From positions 1 to 32,000 of the forward strand of contig JAPZAR010000007.1 in the NCBI GenBank assembly GCA_027460535.1: a stretch of 32,000 bases of DNA. The letters run 5' to 3'. This document shows positions 8,570 to 16,990 of the stretch, one piece after another; the stretch's first letter is position 1, and each line of letters opens with the position of its first letter. The notes beneath the pieces were generated by a model. That model was not told the DNA's origin. It was given only the letters and a program-made list of their open reading frames with translations, and made no database searches. A program made the translations under genes and the position numbers. The stretch is from Candidatus Methanoperedens sp. (lineage in GTDB: Archaea > Halobacteriota > Methanosarcinia > Methanosarcinales > Methanoperedenaceae).

Positions 8570-8575
8570 TTTCAC

Positions 8576-8822
8576 CTTATTATTTTACAAACACTATATT
8601 TATATATGAACAATTCATTTTCCGGCGTAATCAAATGTGTATAATTCGATAAATTTGTCATTAAATCCCATTAAATAGTGTTTATGGTTTGGGAATATAT
8701 GAAGTTTGTCATTTTCTTTGGCAACATTGCCTAAAATTGGCAATATTTTAAATCTTTAACTATATATGCAAGAAATGTATATGTTGATAATAGTTGTGAT
8801 AAGGAGCGGAAGACAAGAGAAT
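8576..8822. promoter_or_regulatory. Divergent promoter/operator region between the Roadblock-KaiC operon and the FilR1-like regulator
   Basis: AT-rich TATA-like boxes are present: TTTATATAT near 8600 facing the minus-strand operon and CTATATAT near 8760 facing the plus-strand gene. Repeats include TTTGTCATT at 8654 and 8705, CATTAAAT at 8659 and 8669, and TTGGCAA at 8718 and 8737. The palindrome GGCAAcaTTGCC spans 8720-8731. Confidence 0.45.
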
Positions 8823-9641
8823 ATGTATGAAAATGAAGCGTGGACAGGCAAGAAAATAGCAACCCGCGATATGCTCCGTCTTGCAGTTTGCTCCGATCTG
8901 CGAAGGAATCTCCTTGTCAATTTGAAGGAGGGGAAAAAATCCCTTTGGGAATTCAGAGATTGTCTGAACATAAGTTCTACAACTGCTATACATGCATTGA
9001 AGGAACTTGAAAAGAATAACCTTGTTTTCCAGGAGAAAGATAAGAGTTATGCGCTCACGAATATCGGAAGGATGGTGGTCCTGAAACTACTGGATTTCAG
9101 CAATGCTGCAGAAGTCATGAAAGAACATGAAAGGTTCTGGCTTGAGCATGACCTGAGCGGAATTCCTGAGTATATGATGGAAAAGATTGGATGGTTAAAA
9201 GATTCTGTTCTTGTTAAAAACACTGAGATCGATATTTTTAAAGTCCACTCAAATTTTATCAACCTTTTAACTAATGCTAAAGAGATTAGAGGCTTTTCTC
9301 CTTTTTTTATTCCAGAATTTGGTTCACTCCTTGAAATGCTTGTATTCGAGAAAAATGTTGAAATCCAACTTTTATTAACAAGAGAAATAAAAGAAAAATT
9401 AGATAAAGAAGTTTTGAAAAAATTGTTGACTCAGAAGGATATTAAATTTAAATTATATATAATAAAAGAAAATGCAAAGGTAGCTTTCACTGTTACTGAT
9501 TATTTCCTATCGATTGGATTTTTTCATATCGATGGCACATATGATTATGGCAACGATCTAATAAGTTACAATAAGGAAGCGATTGAATGGGGAAGAGAAT
9601 TATTTGAAGATTTGCTACAATTATCTGAAAGGGTTGTGTAG
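8823..9641 (+). CDS. Winged-helix transcriptional regulator, FilR1/DUF1724-like
   Basis: The N-terminal wHTH is LRRNLLVNLKEGKKSLWEFRDCLNISSTTAIHALKELEKNNLVFQ. A ~190-aa C-terminal domain follows, resembling the methanogen FilR1-type family. I chose the start at ATG 8823 (AGGAG upstream). ATG 8766 and ATG 8871 remain possible. Confidence 0.72.
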   Translation: MYENEAWTGKKIATRDMLRLAVCSDLRRNLLVNLKEGKKSLWEFRDCLNISSTTAIHALKELEKNNLVFQEKDKSYALTNIGRMVVLKLLDFSNAAEVMKEHERFWLEHDLSGIPEYMMEKIGWLKDSVLVKNTEIDIFKVHSNFINLLTNAKEIRGFSPFFIPEFGSLLEMLVFEKNVEIQLLLTREIKEKLDKEVLKKLLTQKDIKFKLYIIKENAKVAFTVTDYFLSIGFFHIDGTYDYGNDLISYNKEAIEWGRELFEDLLQLSERVV

Positions 9642-9671
9642 TCCTCTGCGCTGAAATATTACTAAATAAAA

Positions 9672-9676
9672 TTTTT
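9672..9676 (+). terminator. Oligo-T tract downstream of the FilR1-like gene
   Basis: A T5 run lies ~30 nt after the stop codon. Archaeal RNA polymerase terminates at oligo-T tracts. Confidence 0.3.
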
Positions 9677-9784
9677 GACTGTTTAGTGAAGATATTATTT
9701 CCTTGTGGGAATTGCTCAAGCCGATATCCAAATAATACTATACACAGAGTCATAAATAATTGCTTATGCAATCAGTCAAAAATA

Positions 9785-9858
9785 GAACCGCAGAAAAAAC
9801 CAAATGAATGCGGATTTTCTGCTACGCATCTGCATTTATCTGCGTTCATCTGCGGTTA
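9785..9858. repeat. Cluster of phased short repeats: TCTGC at 9818, 9829, 9839 and 9849 plus an inverted GAACCGCAGA at 9785
   Basis: The sequence reads directly as ttcTCTGCtacgcaTCTGCatttaTCTGCgttcaTCTGCggtt, with a period of 10-11 nt. The outermost units, GAACCGCAGA (9785-9794) and TCTGCGGTT (9849-9857), are reverse complements. Confidence 0.7.
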
Positions 9859-10470
9859 ATACATACCAAAAATAATTTCAATTACGAGTAATTACTTATG
9901 TCGTTATGTATAAAACCTTCCAAAAACAGGGACTGTAAAAAAGTTTGGTGTTCAGCAAATCCTTTGCGTACTTTGCGCCCTCCGCGGTGGAAAATCCTGC
10001 ACCGCAAAGCATGCCAAGAATGCAAAAGTTACTTTAAGCGAAATTTGCCACCAAAAGATTTTGCACATTCCAAAAAATAAATCATAGACTTCCCTCAAAC
10101 CTGAGAAAATATTGTATAACACATTGAACAAATGGAGATGTGATACATTCTGGATTTTTATGAAATATTACAATGCATGTATCTTCGTTAGTTTACAGAA
10201 AGCAGAAAATGCAAGCTTTACGGCTGATGCCGCTATTTTAGTATTTTTATAAATAATATAATTTTATTCTTTTTTAATAGGGTTATGAAAAATCAACAGT
10301 CATTAACTTAACGCTGGAGGTAAGACTATAATGTTATCAAATGAAAATAGTAATTTTTCAGGGCTGCATAAAATCAAGATATTAGAAACGAAAAAGAAAG
10401 ATTTGTCTTTTGAAAAAAAAAAATTATAAAACATATAAAAGTATCTTTTTATAAATTTACATCTTTTTTG

Positions 10471-11277
10471 ATGAAGAGTTCTATATTTATCGCAATAACA
10501 GCCTTTCTACTACCTTATTTTTCTTTTTTGCTCCTCAACGTAAGGCCTAATTTTAACTTACTTGTAGCTTCTTCCCTGTGCATTTTTGCCATCTATAGTC
10601 TGAATAAATTATCAGACATTAAAGAGGATTCTATAAATGTGCCGGAAAGGGTGAGATTCGTTGAAAAATATAAGAATTTTATTATTTTTGCTATAATGGC
10701 ATCTTTCGTTGCTTCAATCACCATATCACTTCTACAGAGTCCTTTTGCCCTTCTTATAATGATCTTTCCTTTTTTGATGGGTATTTTCTATAGTATTAAG
10801 ATATCAAATTTCAGATTAAAAGACATTGTTGGAATAAAAAATATCACAGTTGCAGTATCATGGGCTGTAATAGGGACTTTTTTACCCGTGACAGTCCATT
10901 CTAGTAATTTCACTGTAATTTCTTTTATCTTTTATTTCTTTTACATCCGTGTATTTATTGGTTCTATTGCATCCGATGTTAGGGACATTGAAGGTGATAG
11001 GATTAGCGGAGTGAAAACAATTCCTGTAGTCTTGGGGATGCGCAAAACGAAAATCCTGGTGGTTCTTCTTAATTCAACGCTCCTGCCATGGCTCGCTTTT
11101 TCCTATATAAACGGATTTTTCCTTGGCCATTATATCGTTCTAGTTTTCTTCATCCTTTATGGATACTGGTATATCCTGTCTTTTTTTAGAGAAGGCATAA
11201 TAATAGGGAAATCTTTAGATCTAATAATAGACGGTGAATGGATACCAACTGTAATCTTAGCACTAATATTGGTCTAG
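10471..11277 (+). CDS. UbiA-superfamily aromatic/isoprenoid prenyltransferase (integral membrane)
   Basis: 268 aa, highly hydrophobic with ~8 helices. The first Asp-rich motif is NKLSDIKED and the second is DVRDIEGD. A TATA-like TTTTTATAAATTT lies only ~15-25 nt upstream, suggesting a leaderless or short-leader mRNA. TTG 10468 in the ORF track is probably not the start. Confidence 0.82.
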   Translation: MKSSIFIAITAFLLPYFSFLLLNVRPNFNLLVASSLCIFAIYSLNKLSDIKEDSINVPERVRFVEKYKNFIIFAIMASFVASITISLLQSPFALLIMIFPFLMGIFYSIKISNFRLKDIVGIKNITVAVSWAVIGTFLPVTVHSSNFTVISFIFYFFYIRVFIGSIASDVRDIEGDRISGVKTIPVVLGMRKTKILVVLLNSTLLPWLAFSYINGFFLGHYIVLVFFILYGYWYILSFFREGIIIGKSLDLIIDGEWIPTVILALILV

Positions 11278-11299
11278 TGACACAATTCTAAGCATTGGA

Positions 11300-11305
11300 T
11301 TTTTT
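11300..11305 (+). terminator. Oligo-T tract after the UbiA-family gene
   Basis: A T6 run lies ~20 nt after the TAG-TGA double stop, in the 40-nt gap convergent with leuS. Confidence 0.3.
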
Positions 11306-11317
11306 GCTCTTGTCTGT

Positions 11318-14173
11318 CTATTCAATGTAAATAGCAGGTCTCATAGGCGATGCAAAACGGCTTTTCCCCTGCGGATCGTATTCCGGGGCATCGGCGCTGT
11401 AGATATCTATGTTACAATCAACGGCCCGGCTCAGAAATTCCATTGCTTCATTCAAAGCGGAAATCTCATCAAAATCCACATCGATCAATGAATTCATCAA
11501 TTCCGCATCCATACCCTGGATATCGTTAATCACTTTCTGCGCAAATTTCGGTATCTCCTTCGCATAAGCCCGTATCGAAGTGTCGCTCATTAGAGCATTC
11601 ATGAGGCTTTTCATATCAAGAGCTTTTTGTTTTTTCATCAATATGGCTCTTTTAAGGACGGCTTTTTTCCATGATGCTGCTGTGTACAATACTATCCTTT
11701 TTGGTTTTATCTTAATAAGGCGGATTATTTCTTCCATATCTTTGAGGGTGTTGTTTGTTATCTCTTCTGCAAGTTCTGCGCCCTTATCAATTAGCGATGG
11801 ATCTGCTTCTGGATAATTTGCCAATGATATGAATTTCCCGCCTGATTCTTCTTCAATTTCATCGCATATGTGAGGCGTGAAAGGTGCCATCAACCTTATC
11901 CAGGTGTCAAGAACCCGTTTCCTGGCTGCACTTCCCCCCCGGCGCTCATACCATTTCATATCGTTCATGAGAAGATAGAAAGCATTCTGTACCGCTCTGC
12001 GCGTCTGCATTTTATCAAGAGCATCGGTGGTTTCCTGTATCCTGTACTGCAGTTTGCTTAACATCCACTTATCAATGAATTTTAGCTCCCCGGTATCTTT
12101 TGTATTGACAATATCGTATGCCATCTTATAGAATCTTTCAACCTGTTTCCGCGTGGATTCCACATCTGCAGACCGCCAGTCCGCATCCTGAACGTGCTCA
12201 GCCGTGCTCAGGATATAAAGGCGGGTTATATCGGCGCCGTATTCTTTCACAGCGGATTTCAATGTGAGCAAAGGTCCCTTGGATTTACTCATCTTCTGCC
12301 CCTCAAGTGAGACAAAACCATTGATAGCTATGGCACGGGGCCAGTAAATCTCAGGGAATATGGCAACATGATGGAACAGGAAAAACAAAAGATGGTTCGG
12401 GATCAAGTCTTTGCCCGATGTGCGAAGGTCCACAGGATACCAATATTCAAAATCAGACCTGATACTTTTAATGACTTCAATAGCTATTCCTGTTCTTGCA
12501 GCAGTTTCTTCGGGAGAACCCGATCCGAGCAGGCAATAATTGAAGAACTCTTCCTTTAGCTGTTCAGGTTCAAATTTATCAAGGTACTTAACGATAATAT
12601 AATAACTCATATATATTGTTGAATCCCCGAGGGATTCGATCATCCACTCCTTGTCCCAGGGAAGTCTCGTACCCAGCCCTTTTTTTCTTGCGCAGGCTTT
12701 GTCCTTCAACCAGTCCACTTTGTTTTCAAAGTCCGCTCTCATTTCAGGCGGGATTATCTGCATCTTCCCTAGGCATTTGTAAACCTGTTCCTTCCATGAC
12801 AGGTCTGAATAATTCAAGAACCACTGGTTTTCCACCATTTTTATAACACATCTGGCACCACATCTGCATATTACCGGTTGCTCACTGAATTCGTAGAAGA
12901 CATCAGCGAAGCCGCCGGCTATCAGGTCGTGTGTCAGGACGTCTTTTATTTTCGAAACCGCCATGCCGGCATACTTTCCGGTTGTCCCGGTCAGCACACC
13001 CCCATGGAATTCCCGCCTGTATACAAGTTTTGTAGCTTCTTCTGCTCTTGGATCGTTCTGGTCTTTCACTTTCAGTTCAGTGACCGCGTCAACCGCAGGA
13101 TACTTACCGTACTCCGCCACTTTGATCAGGGAAATGAGCGGTATCCCTGAGACATCATCCTCGATGCCATATTTCGTCAGGTCCGCGCCTTTCAGATCGC
13201 GCAGGGCAAGATAATCATATGGCGCATGCGCCGGAACGCTCATGACGATGCCGCTCCCGTTCTCGGGGTTAACGAAGGATGCAGGAAGGATCAAAACGGA
13301 AGACCCGGTCACAGGATTTTTCACTTTCTTTCCTATCAGGTCCTCGCCGATTATATCACCCATGAGTTCAACTTTTTTATCTGTGAACTTGAGTTTTTCA
13401 TAGGCTTCCTTGCTGACTATCCATATCTCGCTGTTCACCTTGACTCTCACATGGACTATTTTTGGATTTACCCACAGGTTCGTGACCCCGAATACTGTTT
13501 CGGGACGAAGTGTGGCGCATGGCAGGATATCCCCATCGAGCCTGAATTTTATAAGAGTATAGTCAATTATTGTGGCATCCTCCCCTCTCAGTATGTCATG
13601 GTCCTCCACAGGATTTTCGTCATTCGGGCACCACCGAACCGGATGCGCACCTCTTACCACCCTGTTCTTGTCCCGAAGAAGGTTGAATTGCCATGTGATG
13701 AATTTTTTATAATGAGGATCTGTGGTCGTAAATCTTCTTCGCCAGTCGATCGAAAATCCTATGCTTTTCATTGCGGCTTCGGCTTCCCTAGCGAAATACT
13801 CCACTATTTGCTCAGGTGTCTGGATTGTATCCAGGACCTCGAGCGGGATCTCATGAAGCTTATTGTAAACCCTTATTGTCTCAGGGTCTTTTTTTTGGAT
13901 CTGTTCTGCCAGACCCACAATCGGGGTTCCCGTGGCATGAAAACCCATGGGGAACAGGACGTTCTTGCCCCGCATCCTTTTGTACCGAGCGATCACGTCG
14001 CCGATAGTGAATGTCCTGGTATGGCCTGCATGAAGGTTCCCGTTCAAATAGGGATATGGGATCGTGATGAAGAATTTCTCCCTGTCATCCGGTTCAGGCT
14101 CGAATATTTTTGCCCGGGCCCACATTAAATGCCATTTTTCCTCTATTTCGTGCGGGTTATACCTTTCTTTCAT
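11318..14173 (-). CDS. leuS: Leucyl-tRNA synthetase, archaeal type
   Basis: The 951-aa product has a HIGH-type motif (LHAGHTRT), a KMSKS motif and a large editing domain. The N-terminus MKERYNPHEIEEKW is typical. GGAAGGAG lies 6 nt upstream of ATG 14173. The 22-codon extension to 14239 in the ORF track is not conserved-looking. Confidence 0.95.
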   Translation of the reverse strand: MKERYNPHEIEEKWHLMWARAKIFEPEPDDREKFFITIPYPYLNGNLHAGHTRTFTIGDVIARYKRMRGKNVLFPMGFHATGTPIVGLAEQIQKKDPETIRVYNKLHEIPLEVLDTIQTPEQIVEYFAREAEAAMKSIGFSIDWRRRFTTTDPHYKKFITWQFNLLRDKNRVVRGAHPVRWCPNDENPVEDHDILRGEDATIIDYTLIKFRLDGDILPCATLRPETVFGVTNLWVNPKIVHVRVKVNSEIWIVSKEAYEKLKFTDKKVELMGDIIGEDLIGKKVKNPVTGSSVLILPASFVNPENGSGIVMSVPAHAPYDYLALRDLKGADLTKYGIEDDVSGIPLISLIKVAEYGKYPAVDAVTELKVKDQNDPRAEEATKLVYRREFHGGVLTGTTGKYAGMAVSKIKDVLTHDLIAGGFADVFYEFSEQPVICRCGARCVIKMVENQWFLNYSDLSWKEQVYKCLGKMQIIPPEMRADFENKVDWLKDKACARKKGLGTRLPWDKEWMIESLGDSTIYMSYYIIVKYLDKFEPEQLKEEFFNYCLLGSGSPEETAARTGIAIEVIKSIRSDFEYWYPVDLRTSGKDLIPNHLLFFLFHHVAIFPEIYWPRAIAINGFVSLEGQKMSKSKGPLLTLKSAVKEYGADITRLYILSTAEHVQDADWRSADVESTRKQVERFYKMAYDIVNTKDTGELKFIDKWMLSKLQYRIQETTDALDKMQTRRAVQNAFYLLMNDMKWYERRGGSAARKRVLDTWIRLMAPFTPHICDEIEEESGGKFISLANYPEADPSLIDKGAELAEEITNNTLKDMEEIIRLIKIKPKRIVLYTAASWKKAVLKRAILMKKQKALDMKSLMNALMSDTSIRAYAKEIPKFAQKVINDIQGMDAELMNSLIDVDFDEISALNEAMEFLSRAVDCNIDIYSADAPEYDPQGKSRFASPMRPAIYIE

Positions 14174-14335
14174 CCATAACTCCTTCCACTTGCATAACTT
14201 ATTAGTAAAAAGATTTAACGGTATGAAATCCGCAGGCATGCCGGATGCACCTTGATCGACGTAGCTTGATCATTTGAGTCCTAAATGTCTATCTGACTTC
14301 CCAACACCCATAGCTATGCAAAAGTTAATTATGTG

Positions 14336-16459
14336 CTACCCCGGATATGATTTCACTTTATAAACGACCGCATCCCCATACTCGAATACCTTTTCAAATC
14401 TCTCCGGATGCGACTCGTACAGCCTCGGACTTCTGTATCTATTCGCCTCGGCTTCTCCGAAGTAAACATATGATACATTATATTTTTGCAGAAGCATACC
14501 GACATCCTCTAAACTGAGAGAGGTGTACATGGTATTGGCATCTGACCATCGGGCGTTGACCTCTTTTGAGTCCAGTCTCCAGTTAAGCTCATGCCCACCC
14601 CAGCCTATCACCGTTGGAAGACCGGTAAATGCGGTCACATAGGTATTCCATTGATACAGTTCCCCCGGCGCCTGCAAAACTACCGGCTGTCCGCTCAAAT
14701 TCCGAAACCACAGGATCGCCATGTATTCCTGAGGATGCTGTTTTTTTACCCATGCTTCCCCATCGAGGGTCGGCTCGGCGCCAAAGGCGCCGGATTTTCC
14801 TATAGTGGCAAAAACCGGATATACGGAAACCATCAGAATAAGGAGCGTAGCCACGATGCCCCACGTCTTTTTTCTGGAAAAAGAATCCCTGTACTGGAAT
14901 AGAATCATTCCTGCTGAAATTCCCCACAAGATCCAGTTCTGGAGATAGAATTTGAAGACCGTATTAAGGCGAATATAGGCCGGGTTGCCTTTTCCAAGTG
15001 CGTCCTGGATGTAAAAAAGCTCGCAGAAAAACGATATCAGAATGCCTGCTATAATTAAGATGAGCACAAAGGCATGGTTCTCATCTCTTTCTTTTAACAG
15101 TGATTCTACTGACAGAACAAGGAGAGGAAGAAGTAAAATCAATAATTCAAACTTCAATAGCACCGACAGAACTAAAATCAAAACCATAGGGACCAATAGA
15201 TTTACAGGTTTCATATGGAACTTTTTGGATTTTGACAGGACAAATCGGGATATAATGTAAAGGAATAACCCATAGATGGCAAGATAGAATAACAGGTTGG
15301 TCCTTCCCGAAGGAATATAAGAGATTATCCGATCGAATCCATAAGAAAGATGATACGGCATGTACAATAGATAACTCAGGACAGTTAAGGTGCCAACTAT
15401 TAAAATCGGTTTTAAGAGCTCTTTTTTTAATGCTCTTGAGGACAAAAAGTCAAGGTAAAATTTAAAAGCCAGGACAACGATCGCGACAACCAGATACACA
15501 GGATAGTCCCAGGAATTAAGCGGGTACAGGAAACCAATAGATAATCCGAGAATAAATATCGAAACCGCATCCATAGCCCGGGATTTGAAGATACTCATCA
15601 AAAGGAGAACAATTAATAGCTGAAAACTTATTGATATCATATGGGCATGGACATCCCCCTGGAGAAAACTAAAGAAGGGAAATTCATTGATAGTATCAGG
15701 TATTACACGTGAGCTCGTCCAGTAGTTGAACTTTAAGATATTAGATACCACATCTCCTCTGCGCAGGATGTCCATCAATTGAAAAAAACCCACAAGATTT
15801 CCTGCAATTGCCACAAGGAAAGCTGTTATAATCCCGTAACGAATTCTTTCGGTGAGAGCATATCCGATACCGAATGCTGTTGTAAGGGACAGCGCAAAAA
15901 AAGACGCGGTGGCAAGATTGAAAGCTGTGGATGGCAGAATCCCTGTTATTTTGATCATATTCGCTACGATGAGATACCCGAAATAATAATAGGGGACCGT
16001 TGTCCCCGACATCCATGGGTCGGAAGGTGGGAATTGCGAAGTCCTGAGAAGATTATTTATGAAAGTCATATCCATGAACTTCTCCCCTCCAGTCCAGTAA
16101 ATATCAGGGCTGTAAGCACGGATAGCGGAAAAGATGGCAAACGCGATCAAAAACAATAATTCAAATTTGATGATATATTTTTTTTCAACAAAAAGCGGCA
16201 TTTTCTTCCAGAAAATGATGCAAGAACATGCGGCTACGATCACTGCCGAAAATAGAACCGAAAAAGAAGAATATCTGAAACCAAGAACAGATATTATCCA
16301 GCTGATATATGTCAGGAGCAGTAATCCAAGTGGTTTTGAAATGGAATATCCCCTATCTTTCAGATTTGAGCCCACGTGTGCGGCAATGGGAAGAGCAATT
16401 AGTCCGATGATCTCTAAAGCCAGCCACCAGATAGCTATGTCAAACAGGTTCAACACCAT
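14336..16459 (-). CDS. Chlor_Arch_YYY / DUF2298 family polytopic membrane protein (function unknown, possibly GT-C-like)
   Basis: 707 aa with more than 15 hydrophobic segments. It carries the family-defining YYYxG motif (TVPYYYFGY) and a soluble C-terminal ~140 aa. Confidence 0.75.
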   Translation of the reverse strand: MVLNLFDIAIWWLALEIIGLIALPIAAHVGSNLKDRGYSISKPLGLLLLTYISWIISVLGFRYSSFSVLFSAVIVAACSCIIFWKKMPLFVEKKYIIKFELLFLIAFAIFSAIRAYSPDIYWTGGEKFMDMTFINNLLRTSQFPPSDPWMSGTTVPYYYFGYLIVANMIKITGILPSTAFNLATASFFALSLTTAFGIGYALTERIRYGIITAFLVAIAGNLVGFFQLMDILRRGDVVSNILKFNYWTSSRVIPDTINEFPFFSFLQGDVHAHMISISFQLLIVLLLMSIFKSRAMDAVSIFILGLSIGFLYPLNSWDYPVYLVVAIVVLAFKFYLDFLSSRALKKELLKPILIVGTLTVLSYLLYMPYHLSYGFDRIISYIPSGRTNLLFYLAIYGLFLYIISRFVLSKSKKFHMKPVNLLVPMVLILVLSVLLKFELLILLLPLLVLSVESLLKERDENHAFVLILIIAGILISFFCELFYIQDALGKGNPAYIRLNTVFKFYLQNWILWGISAGMILFQYRDSFSRKKTWGIVATLLILMVSVYPVFATIGKSGAFGAEPTLDGEAWVKKQHPQEYMAILWFRNLSGQPVVLQAPGELYQWNTYVTAFTGLPTVIGWGGHELNWRLDSKEVNARWSDANTMYTSLSLEDVGMLLQKYNVSYVYFGEAEANRYRSPRLYESHPERFEKVFEYGDAVVYKVKSYPG

Positions 16460-16990
16460 AATAATTCACCATGTTTCTAATCCTATATTGCATTTATGAC
16501 AGACAAAGGATGAAACATACGATTTATAAGAAATATCTTTGGGTTAAAAAGCTACTCATATTTGAAAATTCCCAGGAGAGGCAGGGATTAACTCTGGCAT
16601 TCCAAAATAACATCGTCCTCCCTCCGTTGCGATGGATACCAAATTTTTTATTGGAGGTAAACCACTCCCATCCCCGATAAACCTATCCAGCAAATACATA
16701 TTATCCCTGTGAATATAAATATCTATTCATATAAATAATAATTGTTAGTATCATAATAATGATATAACCCCCCTCATGAAATCAGGCACAGTCCCATAAT
16801 CCAGTTATGAATAATAAAGTAATAGCATCACAATAAATACTTATTTATTCTAATTGTAAGTTCAACCATTATAAACAGCTTTTGGTGAAACTCTGATTTT
16901 TTCAATAATAACCCTTGCCATTAAGCCGGCAGGCACGCATTGTGGTTCAAGGCACTGGGCTCTCACACAGCTGCAAAACCAAAGCGAGCC

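Noticed and set aside
9785-9858. A replication origin (ORB-like repeats) or a miniature CRISPR-like array.
   Set aside because: There is no orc1/cdc6 gene nearby and no resemblance to ORB or mini-ORB consensus. The units are only about 10 nt with no spacers, far too short for CRISPR. No cas genes are in the window.
9898-10080. A 60-aa basic Cys-containing ORF read as a real zinc-ribbon mini-protein.
   Set aside because: It has no SD or convincing promoter. The sequence coincides with a repeat/stem-rich patch that explains the composition. It is kept only as an alternative in the corresponding finding.
11272-11280. Pyrrolysine or stop-codon recoding, considered because TAG is followed at once by a second stop (TAG-TGA after the UbiA-family gene, TAG-TAG after the oxidoreductase).
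   Set aside because: TAG terminates about seven well-defined genes here at positions matching the expected protein ends. No conserved gene has an internal TAG, apart from the aroB' pseudogene fragment. There is no evidence for recoding.
13226-14128. A 300-aa plus-strand ORF antisense to leuS. Similar long antisense ORFs lie at 25000-25842 (opposite pan), 23441-24202 (opposite aroA'/aroB'), 4413-5057 (opposite the kinase) and 27648-28265 (opposite the radical SAM gene).
   Set aside because: All lie entirely within strongly supported conserved genes on the other strand. Their translations are low-complexity and lack recognisable motifs. They are typical shadow ORFs.
16930-16965. A tRNA-like T-arm sequence (GGTTCAAGG) downstream of the HerA-like gene.
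   Set aside because: The flanking bases do not form a T-stem, acceptor stem or anticodon arm, so no cloverleaf can be drawn.
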